Made by a program: the position numbers and the translations under genes | Assembly: GCA_964016885.1 (NCBI GenBank) | Contig: OZ024744.1 | Location: forward strand, 41,912,001-41,976,000 | Source: Eledone cirrhosa | Lineage: Eukaryota | Direction of reading: 5' to 3' | Length of the DNA: 64,000 bases | Shown here: positions 24,931 to 37,016 of the stretch, one piece after another | How positions within the stretch are numbered: the stretch's first letter is position 1 | Layout: each line of letters begins with the position of its first letter | Notes under the pieces: generated by a model | What the model was told of the DNA's origin: nothing | The model's database searches: none | What the model saw: only the letters and a program-made list of their open reading frames with translations

Positions 24931-25931
24931 ATAATATTAATAAATGGAAAATATCTTTATAATACCATATCTATTTTATTATACCTATTTCAAGGATACT
25001 AAATTTTAGTGTGCTTTCATCAGATAAAATATAATATTTGGTGTTAAAATATTGACATACCTTAGCGTAATCTTAATAGTATAAGCCCGCTATTGGCAGT
25101 GCGGTAAAAATTCAAAATCACAAAGGTTAACAAGGATACATTAAAACAGAAAAGGACCATTATTATAGACGCTTGATAAATTTTGAAAAATAGAGTTTAT
25201 ATTGGTCGTGTGGCGGTCGTTAGAGCGTGAAATATTAGTGTAAACTTATGCATATATATATATAAATATAGAGAAAAGGTGAAGTTGGAAATAGCACGGA
25301 AAATATATTTACGGCTCTGGACGTTTCGACAGCTATTTATGAACTGTTCAGAAATAGATGTCGAAACGGCCGGAGCTGTAAATATATTTTCCGTGCTATT
25401 TCCAACTTCACCTTTTCTCTATATCCACTGTTTTGTATACAACCTTGCTTCCCTTTTCTAATATATAAATATATATAGACATATACATGAGCGTAGAAAA
25501 AAATCACGTAATTATACATATATATTTTTAACATATATTTTAAGAATGTGAATTTAATTATATTGGTTATATAAAAAATGTATTGTATTGTAGTATATTA
25601 TAAGCTACTAATGTATATGGTTAATTATCATAATTTAATAATTATGTGAGTAAATATATAACGTATTTGTCAAATTTACCTATCTAAACAACTATGGTAT
25701 GTCAATATCTTATGGTATGTCAAATATTATATTTTATCTGATGAAAGAATACTAAAATTTAGTATCCTTTAAATACGTATAATAATATAAATATGGTATT
25801 ATAAAGATATTTTCCATTTATTAATATTGTTAATATTAATAATACTCCAGATAAATCCTGTAGAGTGCTCCAAATCTGTTATAAAATTAACTCTATTGAA
25901 TAATAATTAACAAACCATATAACTACTCATT

Positions 25932-25935
<4 letters not shown>
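24931..25935. mobile_element. Fold-back Penelope-like terminus with a nested second palindrome
   Basis: 24931-25040 is inverted with 25720-25830; inner palindrome at 25268-25424. Confidence 0.75.
25731..25788 (+). ncRNA. Hammerhead motif (mirror copy at ~24973-25030, minus strand)
   Basis: Two-arm consensus ATTTTAT-CTGATGA-AAG..CTT-GAAA-TACGTA-TA-ATAAAAT. Confidence 0.75.
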
Positions 25936-26017
<82 letters not shown>

Positions 26018-26187
26018 AGGTGTATTATTGGTTGTGTCAAACGGTCCAATAAATTTTTGTTAGCAATATTAAGTTCTCCTCGCTTTTGTATATCTCCAAT
26101 TCCATTTATGGGAACAGCTAGATGATGTAAAACGGAGTATTTGTATCAAAATAAAGATCCGAAGGCATGGTATAAATTTCCAATCAT

Positions 26188-26270
26188 TTTAATCATGACA
26201 CATGTTTCAATAAGAGATAGATCGATCGTGTGGCCATGAAAGATTATCACTGATCTCGTCAGGTGAAAAT
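26188..26270 (-). ncRNA. Hammerhead-like motif in the family C 3' end
   Basis: TTCAC-CTGACGA-...-GAAA-CATGTG-TC-ATGA; stems I and II imperfect. Confidence 0.55.
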
Positions 26271-27636
26271 GAATTGTCTTCAAATCCCTGATATGAGGGA
26301 GAAAATGAACGATGTTCACTCACAGAGTTTAGTCCCTCATATGAAGATCAAGCAGTCATAACACGGCGACTGCTATCGTCCTCAGTTAGGGTCATAAAAC
26401 TATCAAGTCTCTATCTCCCAATAGCTGTAAAAGACGCTGGACATCAATCAAATCTGTAGAATTACAGTCGGACACAGTTAATGTGAGTGGGTACACACAC
26501 ACTCACACACACCGACGCGAGGTCAAAGAAGAAATAATATATACATATACCAACATAGCATCAAATCTGTAGATCTATAGACGGTCACAGTTAGTGTGAG
26601 TACACACACACTCACACACACCGATGCGAGGTCAAAGAAAAAATATAAATATACCAATATAGTATTCGCCGAAGGTTAGTTTACAAAACAATAAATGTTA
26701 TATTGGTCAAATTGAGATTTGATGATGTAAATTGGAAAAATTGAGTCAACCGCAACCCTATACAGATACAAGTAAGTTCAGTTCAATGTTCTGCTATACG
26801 TGTATAGATTGAATTGTAACATCCGTATCGTCCAACAAAAGTGTATGTTTAGGTAAATACACATCCATGTGAAGAGCAAGTACTCAGCTCATATCGAACT
26901 CAAGTATGTGCCGTTGTCCCATTGAGAATATGAGTCCCCAAATCTGTGCGTGCAAGCAACCGCTATGTAGGCCACCAAGGGGCTCTGTGCATGGTTGGGT
27001 ATTCGGGTTAAGGTATCAGTATGTGCAATTTCCCGTCATATGGGCCCCTGGGCTTTTAAGATAGGTGTTTGAGTGGTGGAGGTGTGTTATCCAACACAAA
27101 AAGTAAAATAACAAAGAATAGCAAAACCCAGAGGATGTGTGTAGGCCCGTTAATGGTGTGTAAGCATTATTGTCCAATCTGTAACCGTGAGCACTCCATG
27201 GTTAGATGATCACGGGTCAAAACCTAGTGTAGTGTTCAATTGATAGGAACGTGACCAGTCATAACTGTGGGAACTCAGTCTAAAGAAACCGGGTACTGTG
27301 TGTAGAGTTATGTATAGAGAGCGTAATCGGTCTTAACTAAGTGTGTAATACGTCTAGCTATATCCTAACCTAGAGAACTTAATGGTTAGGGTATACTAAA
27401 GTAATGGTGAATGCGCGTAATCGGTCTTACCTGAGTGTGTAATCATTCTAACTATTTACTAATTAGGTATTCTAATGTGTACTCAGCTGCGAGAACTCTG
27501 TGGAAACAGGCCGAGGTCCGTTTGTAAGTGCGCAAACGATCTTAGCTGTCTAACTACCTGAGTGTGTGATTGTCTGTTTTTTTGCTAATTGAGAGAACTC
27601 TATGGCTAAGGTAGAGAGGGAGGAGTTAGTGGTAGG

Positions 27637-27910
27637 TTACTTTCCAAAGATCCTGCGGAAGGTTTTAGAGGTTCTATGTTGGCAGTTGCTGAAAAAATCC
27701 ACTCTTCTATTGATTAATAGGCGGCCGCCTCTAATAATATTAAAGGTTTCAGCTATACATAAATTACAGACGCCAGTGCTGCCGTTATATGGCTGGGCTG
27801 AGCAAATTATGGACCAGGATAAGGAGTGCTCTATATTCTGTTGTTTAAGCTTCCAGACTAATTCAGAAAGCGCCGTGCTATTTTTTTTATCTAATCTATT
27901 AAAGGTGATT
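27637..27910 (-). pseudogene. GIY-YIG endonuclease C-terminal fragment (not in the ORF track)
   Basis: ITFNRLDKKNSTALSELVWKLKQQNIEHSLSWSIICSAQPYNGSTGVCNLCIAETFNIIRGGRLLINRRVDFFSNCQHR, collinear with the family A/B C-termini. Confidence 0.85.
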
Positions 27911-28409
27911 ATACCTTAGCCATAGAGTTCTCTCAATTAGCAAAAAAATAGACAATCACACACTCAGGTAGTTAGACAGCTAAGATCGTTTGCGCACTTA
28001 CAAACGGACCTCGGCCTGTTTCCACAGAGTTCTCACAGCTGAGTACACATTAGAATACCTAATTAGTAAATAGTTAGAATGATTACACACTCAGGTAAGA
28101 CCGATTACGCGCATTCACCATTACTTTAGTATACCCTAACCATTGAGTTCTCTAGGTTAGGATATAGCTAGACGTATTACACACTCAGTTAAGACCGATT
28201 ACGCTCTCTATACATAACTCTACACACAGTACCCGGTTTCTTGAGACACTGAGTTACCACAGTTATGACTGGTCGCGTTCCTATCGATTGAACACTACAC
28301 TAAGTTTTGATCCGTGATCATCTAACCATGGAGTGCTCACGGTTACACATTGGACAATAATGCTTACACACCATTAATGGGCCTACACACATCCTCTGGG
28401 TTTTGCTAT

Positions 28410-28452
<43 letters not shown>

Positions 28453-28544
28453 TAAATATATATGTGTGTGTATAAATGTAGTAATTCCGTCGGAAAGGTC
28501 CAGGAAAAAAGAGTGTTCTATGTAGGTTACAGAGCTTATTATGT

Positions 28545-28793
28545 AATAAACAACAAGATAATTATTTCATTTACCAGTGGTTTCTTGAAAGCAAACAAAT
28601 CTGCTTTCAGAATGAAAAAATCCTGGTGTTTTTATTGAATGTGGATTTGAAAACAAAAAAATAAGAAATATGAAAGTGAGGCTCAGGGAAGAAGAAAAAA
28701 AGATTATAAATATATAAGTATATAAACACACACTCATATAGATACATATATATATATATAAAAACATACATACACATACACATAAATACACAA

Positions 28794-28844
<51 letters not shown>

Positions 28845-29203
28845 CACACACACACACACAAAATAATGTGTGTGTGTGTGTGTATATATGTATGTATGTG
28901 TGTATATATACATATATATATATATGTGTTTGTGTATTTATGTGTATGTGTATGTATGTTTTTATATATATATATATATGTATATGTATATGTGTATGTG
29001 TGTGTGTTTATATAATTATATATTTATAATCTTTTTTTCTTCTTCCCTGAGCCTCACTTTCATATTTCTTATTTTTTTGTTTTCAAATCTACATTCAATA
29101 AAAACACCAGGATTTTTTCATTCTGGTGACTGAAAGCAGATTTGTTTGCTTTCAAGAAACCACTGGTAAATGAAATAATTATCTTATGTTGTTTATTACA
29201 TAA
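28545..29203. mobile_element. Fold-back Penelope-like terminus
   Basis: 28545-28860 is the reverse complement of 28867-29203. Confidence 0.8.
29116..29175 (+). ncRNA. Hammerhead motif with CTGGTGA core
   Basis: TTTCATT-CTGGTGA-C-TGAAAGCA..TGCTTTCA-A-GAAA-CCACTGG-TA-AATGAAA. Confidence 0.7.
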
Positions 29204-29399
29204 CTATATATATATATATATATTTCAAATTCTAGAATTTTATTTCAAATTCAGGAATCACAAAAAGAGTAGAGCAAATAAAAATAATATTAAAATGAAA
29301 GAAATTAAAAGAAAGAAGAAAAGAAAAAAAGTGAATTAAACAATGAAAGAAAGGGGGAAGCGAGAGAGGGGCAGATTCTACACCCCAATCTGAGCAGTA

Positions 29400-30130
29400 A
29401 TTCAGACGTATTTCGCAGACTAAATGGTAAAGGCATTGCCATGGAAAATGTCCTATGGCACCTACTACAACATCCACTCCACCCCACAGAGTTTCTTCTT
29501 CAGACAAGCTACTGTCTGATTTTACAAAAGGAAATCAGCAGTATAGGGTCCAAGGAGACCTGAGATTTCGATGGTGACTGATACGAAAAGGAAGCAGTCA
29601 GTGAAAGCTCTGGTAGTTGTTTAGCTTTCTCTCCTCTGGCTTGCGGGTGGCGGTGTCTCAGATTTCAGCTGAAGAAATAAGGTTGGAAGCAGAGGACAAA
29701 TCTCAACATATTGCATCCCAGATTAGGAATTTAGCTCCCTTAAATAGGAAGAGTGTTATACTATTGGGGCACTTACCATTGCCATGGTCAAGGCCAGATG
29801 GCTCCAGTTATGATGGGTAACCAGCTGTATTAAAGCTCCGCTTAATGATATCATTGAGAGTGATGTAATAGGGGAACCAGCCTGCACTATAGTTGCATGA
29901 TAGCAGGTGATGGTTGAACTTGTTAATACCGCCCCCATAACACCCCCAACGGGTACCAGTTGATGAGGAGCACACTGGAATGAACCATGTACTACTGTTT
30001 GGTTGTGAAACAGGTGAGATGCATGTGAGACAGTGTTGGTCCAAGGAAGACTCAATCTGCCAGAGGGAAGACCTGCACTTGATGTCATCACAGTTACGTT
30101 GGACATCTGTATACAGGAGGATGGTGAGGC
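29400..30130 (-). mobile_element. Old CRE-like non-LTR retrotransposon fragment (zinc knuckle plus restriction-like endonuclease)
   Basis: Manual translation HHLLSCNYSAG..LNDIIKRSFNTAGYPS*LEPSGLDHGNGKCPNSITLFLFKGAKFLIWDAIC..VTIEISG..GP fits the H..SC..SAGR..RH..LN / EP.GL.R.DGKRPDG.T..WD.T pattern. Confidence 0.75.
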
Positions 30131-30169
30131 AACACAGTATAATGAAGAAATATATTAGTTCAACTCTTG

Positions 30170-30261
<92 letters not shown>

Positions 30262-30263
<2 letters not shown>

Positions 30264-30959
30264 AGTGAGAAATTCAAGGTTCAGGTAGGAGTCCAGGGTT
30301 CAGTTCTTAGCCCATTGCTATTCATTATAATTCTCCAGGCCATAACAGAGGAGCTTAAGACCAGCTGTCCATGGGAACTTCTTTATGTGGATGATCCTTA
30401 TAGCTGAATCCATAAAAGAACTAGAGAATAAGTTCTGACTATGGAAAACTAAAGTGGTAGTAAATAGGAATGAAGATAGGACCCTGATTCCCTCAAGGAA
30501 ATGGTCCTGCTCAATATGTAAAAAAGGAGTAGGCATAAACTCCATGCTATGTAAACAATGATGTAGTGGCATAACAGGAAGGAAAGGTGTTGTATATTCA
30601 CAGGGGTAATGAGTGGGATGAGCAATGTAAATGTGACAGAAAGGTAGAGTTTGGATGAACTGAGGGAGAAACTAGGTTTAAGAGGAATCGGAAATGGTAT
30701 GCAAGAGAAAAGACTGCATTGTTGTGGACATGTGATGCATTTGGATAATGATTGCTGGGGGAAGAAGTCCCAGGAAATGCTAGTGGAAGGAAGCCAAGGA
30801 AGACTTGGGTGGCAGTGTTGAGAGCTGATCTCAAATCACTGAGACTCACAGAGAAGATGATGAAGGAATGCAGTGAGTGGAGAGGTGCTGTGCTGAAAAG
30901 CATCCATCCAACCCATACAAGTGTTTAAAAGTGGACGAAAAAACAATGATGATGATGAT
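30262..30959 (+). mobile_element. Internally deleted RTE LINE fragment with (GAT)n tail
   Basis: GVQGSVLSPLLFII..CPWELLYVDD, GHVM, GRKPRKTW; ends atgatgatgat. Confidence 0.8.
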
Positions 30960-31449
30960 CTATATACAATATGATCCATTTCTTTTTCCTTCCCCGACCT
31001 TTCTCATTTTACTTAACAATCTTACGTTCTCTCTATCTACCACACCTCAGACTGTGTTTCACCCCTATTGCTATGCATTTTCTTTTATATCTTTCTATGA
31101 TTCTCAGCTTATGTTAAGACGGTACCACAGAATTTTTTTACCATCAACTTAATATAGACCAATACATGTACGCAGGAATTGGGTTTTAAACCAATTACTT
31201 TCTTAATTAATGATTTGTTTTTTTAACTATCTACACTATAATTATAATTATCCACCTTTCATAACTAGTTCTTTTTATAGTTTTTTTTTACTCCTTATGA
31301 TTGATTTATGTTTTACTATTATTTACTATAGTGATTAATCTTTTTTTATAATCTTTATAATCTTTATAATCTTTATAACACTTTACACTACAAATATATT
31401 CACCCTTCAAGAGATTCATTGTTATGTAATGTGCATTTTGCTGCTACTA

Positions 31450-31950
31450 CAGCCTGGGTGGCATGCCACAGTTTGAGATCTGTGTGGAAGTCGGACCTTA
31501 GTAGGGACCTGAAGATCTGTCTCTTTGTTGCTGTAGTGGAGTCTGTGCTGCTGTACGGGTCTGAGACTTGGACACTGACCAATAAACTCACTCAGATGGT
31601 GGATGGATGCTACACAAGAATGGTGAGGATGGCTCTGAACATTAAGCAGTATACACTGAGGATGAAGAAATCAGAGCTGTACGGGAGCCTCCCAAAAGTC
31701 AGCTCGAAAGTAGCACAGTGGAGTCTGAGGTTAGCTGGACATGCTCACCAACATCCAGAGTTGACACTGAACTCAGTGCTCCTGTGGGAGCCCCTGCATG
31801 GATACACTAGAAGAGAGAGACCGAGGTTGACATGCCCTAAGGACAGACACTGGTCTCTTGGAGATGCAGCACATGGTAGCGATGATGAGGGACACAGACC
31901 GCTGGGGAGAACTCGTCCATGGATCTCGGGAATTTTACCCCCCCCCCCCC
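31450..31950 (+). mobile_element. 3' fragment of the RTE family seen at 21333-22778
   Basis: AWVACHSLRSVWKSDL..LLYGSETWTL; same GGAATTTTACCC end. Confidence 0.9.
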
Positions 31951-32179
31951 TAGGCATATAGCCTGAATGGTGCCTCCAGACCTTGTTGAAGACATTAAAC
32001 TAATGGTTGTGAGTGGGTGTGCAGCAGGCTGTGATTGATAGCATCATATATTAGCCCATGGCAGGAATGTGTCACTGTCAAGCATGTATACACTCCCTTG
32101 ATTGCACCTACTAACCCACAATGCATAGCATTGTCGACTTTGTGAGCATACAGAGGCTGTATGTCATATACACACAGAG

Positions 32180-32486
32180 TGTGTAACTTAGACTGCACCA
32201 ATGTGCATATAAATATACACATATTTAATATGTATGCATGTAAAATGCCAGAAAATATGAATTTACTTATAAATTGAAAAAAATGATAAGCACTTTTAAT
32301 CGATTTTCAGACTTAAACGGGTCCTCATCAGAAGGTGTATACATCAATTAGATCAAACATTTTATTAAAGGTGTTCATCATTTTTTCCCCGTTTACAGGA
32401 AAATTCGTATTTTCTGTCATATTTACATGTCTACATATCAAATAAGTGTATATTTATATATACATTGGTGCAGTCTTTGTTAACAC
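32180..32486. mobile_element. Diverged fold-back element with a hammerhead at its centre
   Basis: 32180-32300 is inverted with 32363-32486. Confidence 0.7.
32291..32337 (-). ncRNA. Minimal type I hammerhead motif
   Basis: CACCTT-CTGATGA-GGAC..GTCT-GAAA-ATCGAT-TA-AAAGTG. Confidence 0.8.
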
Positions 32487-32489
32487 TGT

Positions 32490-32810
32490 ATCATCATCAT
32501 CATAATCATCATCACTATTTAACATTTATTTTTCATGCTTGCATGGGTTAGGTGAGTTGTCCACAAGGTATAGCCACGCCATACCTTGCTTAAGCAGAGC
32601 TGTGTTTTGACTGGGATTTTTAAGCAGAGCTGTGTTTTGATTGGATGCCCTTCCTAACACCAACGTCGTTTACAGTGGGAAACTGGGGGATCCTGTTATG
32701 AGGCAAGTCTGGTCAAATGGCCGTACCATACCTTGCACATATCGGGACTGTGTTGGCTGTGTTTTTACAACTGCTGGATACCCTTCCTAACACCAATCAC
32801 GTTTACAAGT
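32490..32810 (-). mobile_element. RTE 3' UTR fragments with (GAT)n tail, internally duplicated
   Basis: (CAT)n on the plus strand, then GGAT(G/A)CCCTTCCTAACACCAA twice; similar to 37010-37440 and 58000-58335. Confidence 0.7.
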
Positions 32811-33789
32811 CTAGCCTGTTGGGCACTCTTATAGCATTGTATGTATACAGATATAACTTTAATATATAGATATAGATATATATGTGTGTATGTATGGATA
32901 ACACCCTCACGAACACCTTAGTGAAGATGTTTATGAGAGTGTAAATATGTTGTGGTTGACATGTACATAGAAATTTATCATATTAATTTGTTACATATTA
33001 CTGACTTTATTTTAAAAGCCTGCAAATATAGTATTATCTATTAGTTTATACATTTTATTTCTGGTTTGTATATATTGGATGTAGGTTTATATTTATGTAT
33101 TCATTGACTTCATTGTTATATATATATTTGTCTAATTTGGTCTGAGTATAATTTTCAATATTGGATGATCTGTGTTAATGTAGTAAAAAGATATGTTTAA
33201 GTATTGCCAAATGATTGTTGTGTTTGATGATAAAAAGATTTTAGTTTCATAAAGGTGTTTTTGATGCCATTAGTTTAATTTGAAATTTTTCTGCTGTTAG
33301 ATCTCTGTTATATGCAATTGAACTAATGTTTGTGTGATGCTGGTTGTCTGATGCATTGGCTGTTCAGTAAACTGCAGCTATGTTTGTATCTTATTTTATT
33401 ACATGCATTTTGCTAGAGGTTTATTATAGACCAGTCCTTGGTTCATGTAAATTATGATAGTGAGAATGTTGATGAGGTGTCTGTGTAACTTGAGTGGAAC
33501 AAATACCATACTGGATACTTTGCTTTGAAAATAACATTTTATCAGTTTTCTCACTGATTTATTTATATCTTCCACTGAAATAAAGAGATATACATTAGTG
33601 AAAGCCATATACTCGTACATCACATATATATAGTTAACATCAGTCTTGAAAGACCATGAATTTCCCTGCAAGAATTGGTTTCAGCTACTGAGGATGGTGC
33701 AGCATCTATTTTGGCTATAAAGGCCTACACTAGAGTGACAACCTTGTATACAGTGACTGCATTTGAAGAGGTTCTCCTCTGGTGTTGCT

Positions 33790-34345
33790 ATGGTGTCCTT
33801 CCTTCGAGCGCGCGTTTTCTCAGTGGCAAGTTTCAGTTTCTCTTTCCTTTTTTCCATCCCACTGTGTAATACTTGTCTCCAGTGTGAGTGATCATTTGTG
33901 ACGTCTTCCCATCTCTAAACATCCATATCTATTGACTTTATATCTCTCTTTCAGACATCTTTCAAACAGAATTGAGGTTACTCTCATGCTCTCATGGCAG
34001 TAATCAATTCCCCATACAGTAGGTCTTTTGGGATCTCCCCATCTGGCATACAATGTATGTGACCTAGCAGAGGGTGCTGTGGGAGCAGGGTTAATGTTGT
34101 TAAGTCTTCAGTCTATGTTTCAAATGCATGTTTCAGTATGACTGCAAAAAAGATGCCAAACAGAGTTGAGGAAAGCACACAGGCCTGCTTCACACTGGTG
34201 CAGATGTTAAACATCTCCGGAGGAGAGGCATTAAATTGAACACCTTTCATATTCTGCATGAAACAATTGAACAATCCTGTGAAGTCTTGCAGGCTGTCTC
34301 TACTAACTAGGTTGAATGTCTTCGTGAGGTCAATGAAAGTGCCTA
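33790..34345 (-). mobile_element. Decayed RTE LINE RT fragment
   Basis: FIDLTKTFNLVSR, SVKQACVLSSTLFGIFF, LGHIHCMPDGEIPKDLLYGEL. Confidence 0.75.
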
Positions 34346-34407
34346 CTAGTAAAGTTGGACACGTTTACATAGACCGAGTCAATACCAAACATATGCATAT
34401 ATATTTA

Positions 34408-34479
<72 letters not shown>

Positions 34480-34482
<3 letters not shown>

Positions 34483-34920
34483 ACTATGTTCAATACATTT
34501 TATTGCTGACAATCGTTTCTTCCAAACAGCCGTTTGGAGTCATCAGAGCATTGGCAAAGTTTAAACATATAATTAATCTCCTATTCTTTTGTAATTCCTT
34601 TATAATCTTTATTATACCCATTGCTCTCTTTAAATATGACACTGTTGACAGCAACAATAATATCAACATATCTTTATGATTGTTCTGTAGAATAGGAGGT
34701 TAATTATATGTTTAAACTTTGCCAAAGCTCCGATGACTCCAAACGGCTGCTGTTTGGAAGAAACGATTGTCAGCAATAAAATGTATTGAACATAGTTTTG
34801 ATTGTTTTGAACTTTATATTCCGTCTCTGTAAGGCATGTGGCGCATTTACATTGAGCTATTTTTCATACTGGTAATAAGGTGTTAAAAATAAAAAAATAC
34901 TGACCTTTCCTGTTTATAAC
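34480..34920. mobile_element. Fold-back Penelope-like terminus with a hammerhead on each arm
   Basis: 34480-34590 is inverted with 34690-34800; (TA)n flanks. Confidence 0.8.
34503..34552 (-). ncRNA. Canonical type I hammerhead motif, GUC cleavage triplet
   Basis: TGCT-CTGATGA-CTCCAAAC..GTTTGGAA-GAAA-CGATTG-TC-AGCA; the mirror copy at 34726-34778 has CCGATGA. Confidence 0.85.
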
Positions 34921-35042
34921 TATATATAGTTTATATATAAGTATAAATAATATTATTATTATTATCTATATATCTATATATCTATATATCTATCTATATA
35001 TCTATCTATATATCTATCTATATATCTATATATCTATCTATC

Positions 35043-36960
35043 TAGGGGCTGGATCACTGCTATGCACAGCAGCCGCATCTGCTCTAGCGTCAAGGTGAAC
35101 GGCTACCTCTCGGAGCCGTTCAAAATCGCGCGGTCCATCCGACAAGGATGCCCTCTCTCCTTCTGTATGTGTTGACTCTCGAGCCACTACTGCGGAAGTT
35201 GGAGTTGTTGCAGGGCATCCCTTTGGAACCGGGATTGCGGAAAGCGGTGTCGGCCTACGCCGATGACGTGACAGTAATGGTGTCGACGGCCTCCGAAATC
35301 GAGGCGGTCGGCACCTTACTGGAGGAGTACGAAAAGTTCACAGGGGCTAAGCTGAACCGGGACAAGTCGATCGGTTTGCAACTCGGCACGTGGAGGGGCA
35401 GACCGATGCCCTCCGATGGCGTCGTCGGACGCTGGACGGAGGGCCCGGTGAAGTTGCTCGGGGTCTGGTTCGGACCGGACCTCCAGGTGGAGAAAAACTG
35501 GGCGGAGGTTACGAACAGGGTGTTTGCACTGACCCAGAAGTGGGTCAGTTGCAAACTATCCCTGAAAGGTCGGGCGGAGGTGGCGAACACCTACATAGCG
35601 TCCGTCATCTACTACCGCCTGACCGTAGTGCCCTGCCCAAGGGAAACCCTCACCAAGATGGAGCGCGCGCTCTTCCAATTCCTTTGGAAGAGGCGGGCTC
35701 CCATGGTGAGGAGATCCATCTGCTGTCAACACCCTTCGAAAGGAGGGCTGGGGATGCCGTGGCTAATGATGCGTAAACACGCATTAAGGCTACGGCACCT
35801 CTACGTATTCCTCACCGGACAACCGGTGTGGGCCTCGTTTGTTAGACGAACCTTTCCCAGACTCGTCTCACTCACCGAGCTGCAATCCTGGGTCAAGCAA
35901 AGACCGAGAAAACTGGGCGCCTGGCACACTGAGTGTGCCCAGGCGCTCACCGCCCTCTGGCAGGCGGATCAGGTTATCAGTGGAGACTCCACCGCAACAT
36001 TCTATAGAGGGCTGGTACGCAGCAGGTCCGACGACGCCCTCGGAGAAGCCCTAGACATGGAGGAGGACGAACTGGCCGGCCTGTTCGGTAGGACATTCAG
36101 CCCGGGACCTATGGACAACTTCCAGAAGTCCCTGGCCTGGCAGTGCTACCGAGGAGCTTTACCCGTTCGAGAAAGGCTCTACTGACACGGGCGCCCGGGT
36201 AGGGACCCCGCCAAAATGATCTGTCCCAGATGCGTGTGCGACGAGGAAACTGTTGCACACGCATTGGTACACTGCTCGGGCGTAGCCGATCTGTGGGGCT
36301 ATGTCGAACAACTGCTCTCAAGGGTGGGACCGATCCGGTTGACCACCGAGTCTATTGTAATGATCAAGCCGCCCCCCCCCCCTCAAAGATGAAGCAGAGG
36401 TGGTGTTTCTGTGCGTAATAGCCATGGCGAAAGAGGTTGTATGGTGGACGCGTCTGAAAGGACTGAGGTCAGGCACCTTTCTCTCTGGCCAACAACTGGT
36501 CCGTTTCTTCCGATATCATTTCGGAAGAAGGATCAGGATGGAGAGAGAGGTGCTGCACCCCAGTCGTTTTTATGAAAGGTGGGTGAAAGTGGCGAGAATG
36601 GCCCGTGTGAATGGGCCTTCTCTTTACATGAGCCTGTAGGTGGAAAAGAGGAAGGAACGAGGGAGCACCCCCTCTCTGTGCTCCTGAGGAAAAGGGTTGC
36701 ACACTTTTTTCGGGGGTGTGTGCGACCCCCCAAGGCGCCTCCTCTCTATTGAGGATTTTGTTATAAATTTTATTTTTTGTTATATTTTATAACAAAATCC
36801 TCTATTGAGGATTTTGTTATAATTCTATTTTTTGTTATATTTTATTTTATTTTTATATATTGTTATTGCCTCCTCCCTATTGAGGACGCCTTGTTTTGTA
36901 AACTCCCCCCATTGTACTTGTCCCACTTTTGATGCCCTTGTGGCAAATAAAAGAAACATA
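35043..36960 (+). mobile_element. L1/Tx1-clade LINE, 5'-truncated (RT C-half, zf-RVT, 3' UTR)
   Basis: SIRQGCP, SAYADDVT, KLSLKGRAEVAN, KGGLGMP, CPRC..EETVAHA; AATAAA near 36946. Confidence 0.9.
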
Positions 36961-36964
36961 TCTA

Positions 36965-37011
<47 letters not shown>

Positions 37012-37016
<5 letters not shown>

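Larger units (their letters stand above)
26015..28413 (-). mobile_element. Penelope-like family C: GIY-YIG C-terminus, 1.6-kb 3' region and an inverted partial copy
   Basis: Minus-strand frame 27637-27910 (manual translation); 27117-27613 inverted with 27912-28412. Confidence 0.85.

Noticed and set aside
26449-27560. CRISPR-like repeat array
   Set aside because: Irregular tandem duplications within a retroelement UTR in eukaryotic DNA; no constant repeat-spacer period
27602-27919. 105-aa plus-strand ORF
   Set aside because: Antisense shadow of the minus-strand GIY-YIG fragment
29622-30106. Apparent host exons 29777-30106 and 29622-29669 (minus) with good splice signals
   Set aside because: Another frame runs through the supposed intron with CRE-like zinc-knuckle and endonuclease motifs
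32930-33670. Possible very old Penelope/GIY-YIG remnant on the minus strand
   Set aside because: No motif could be read with confidence
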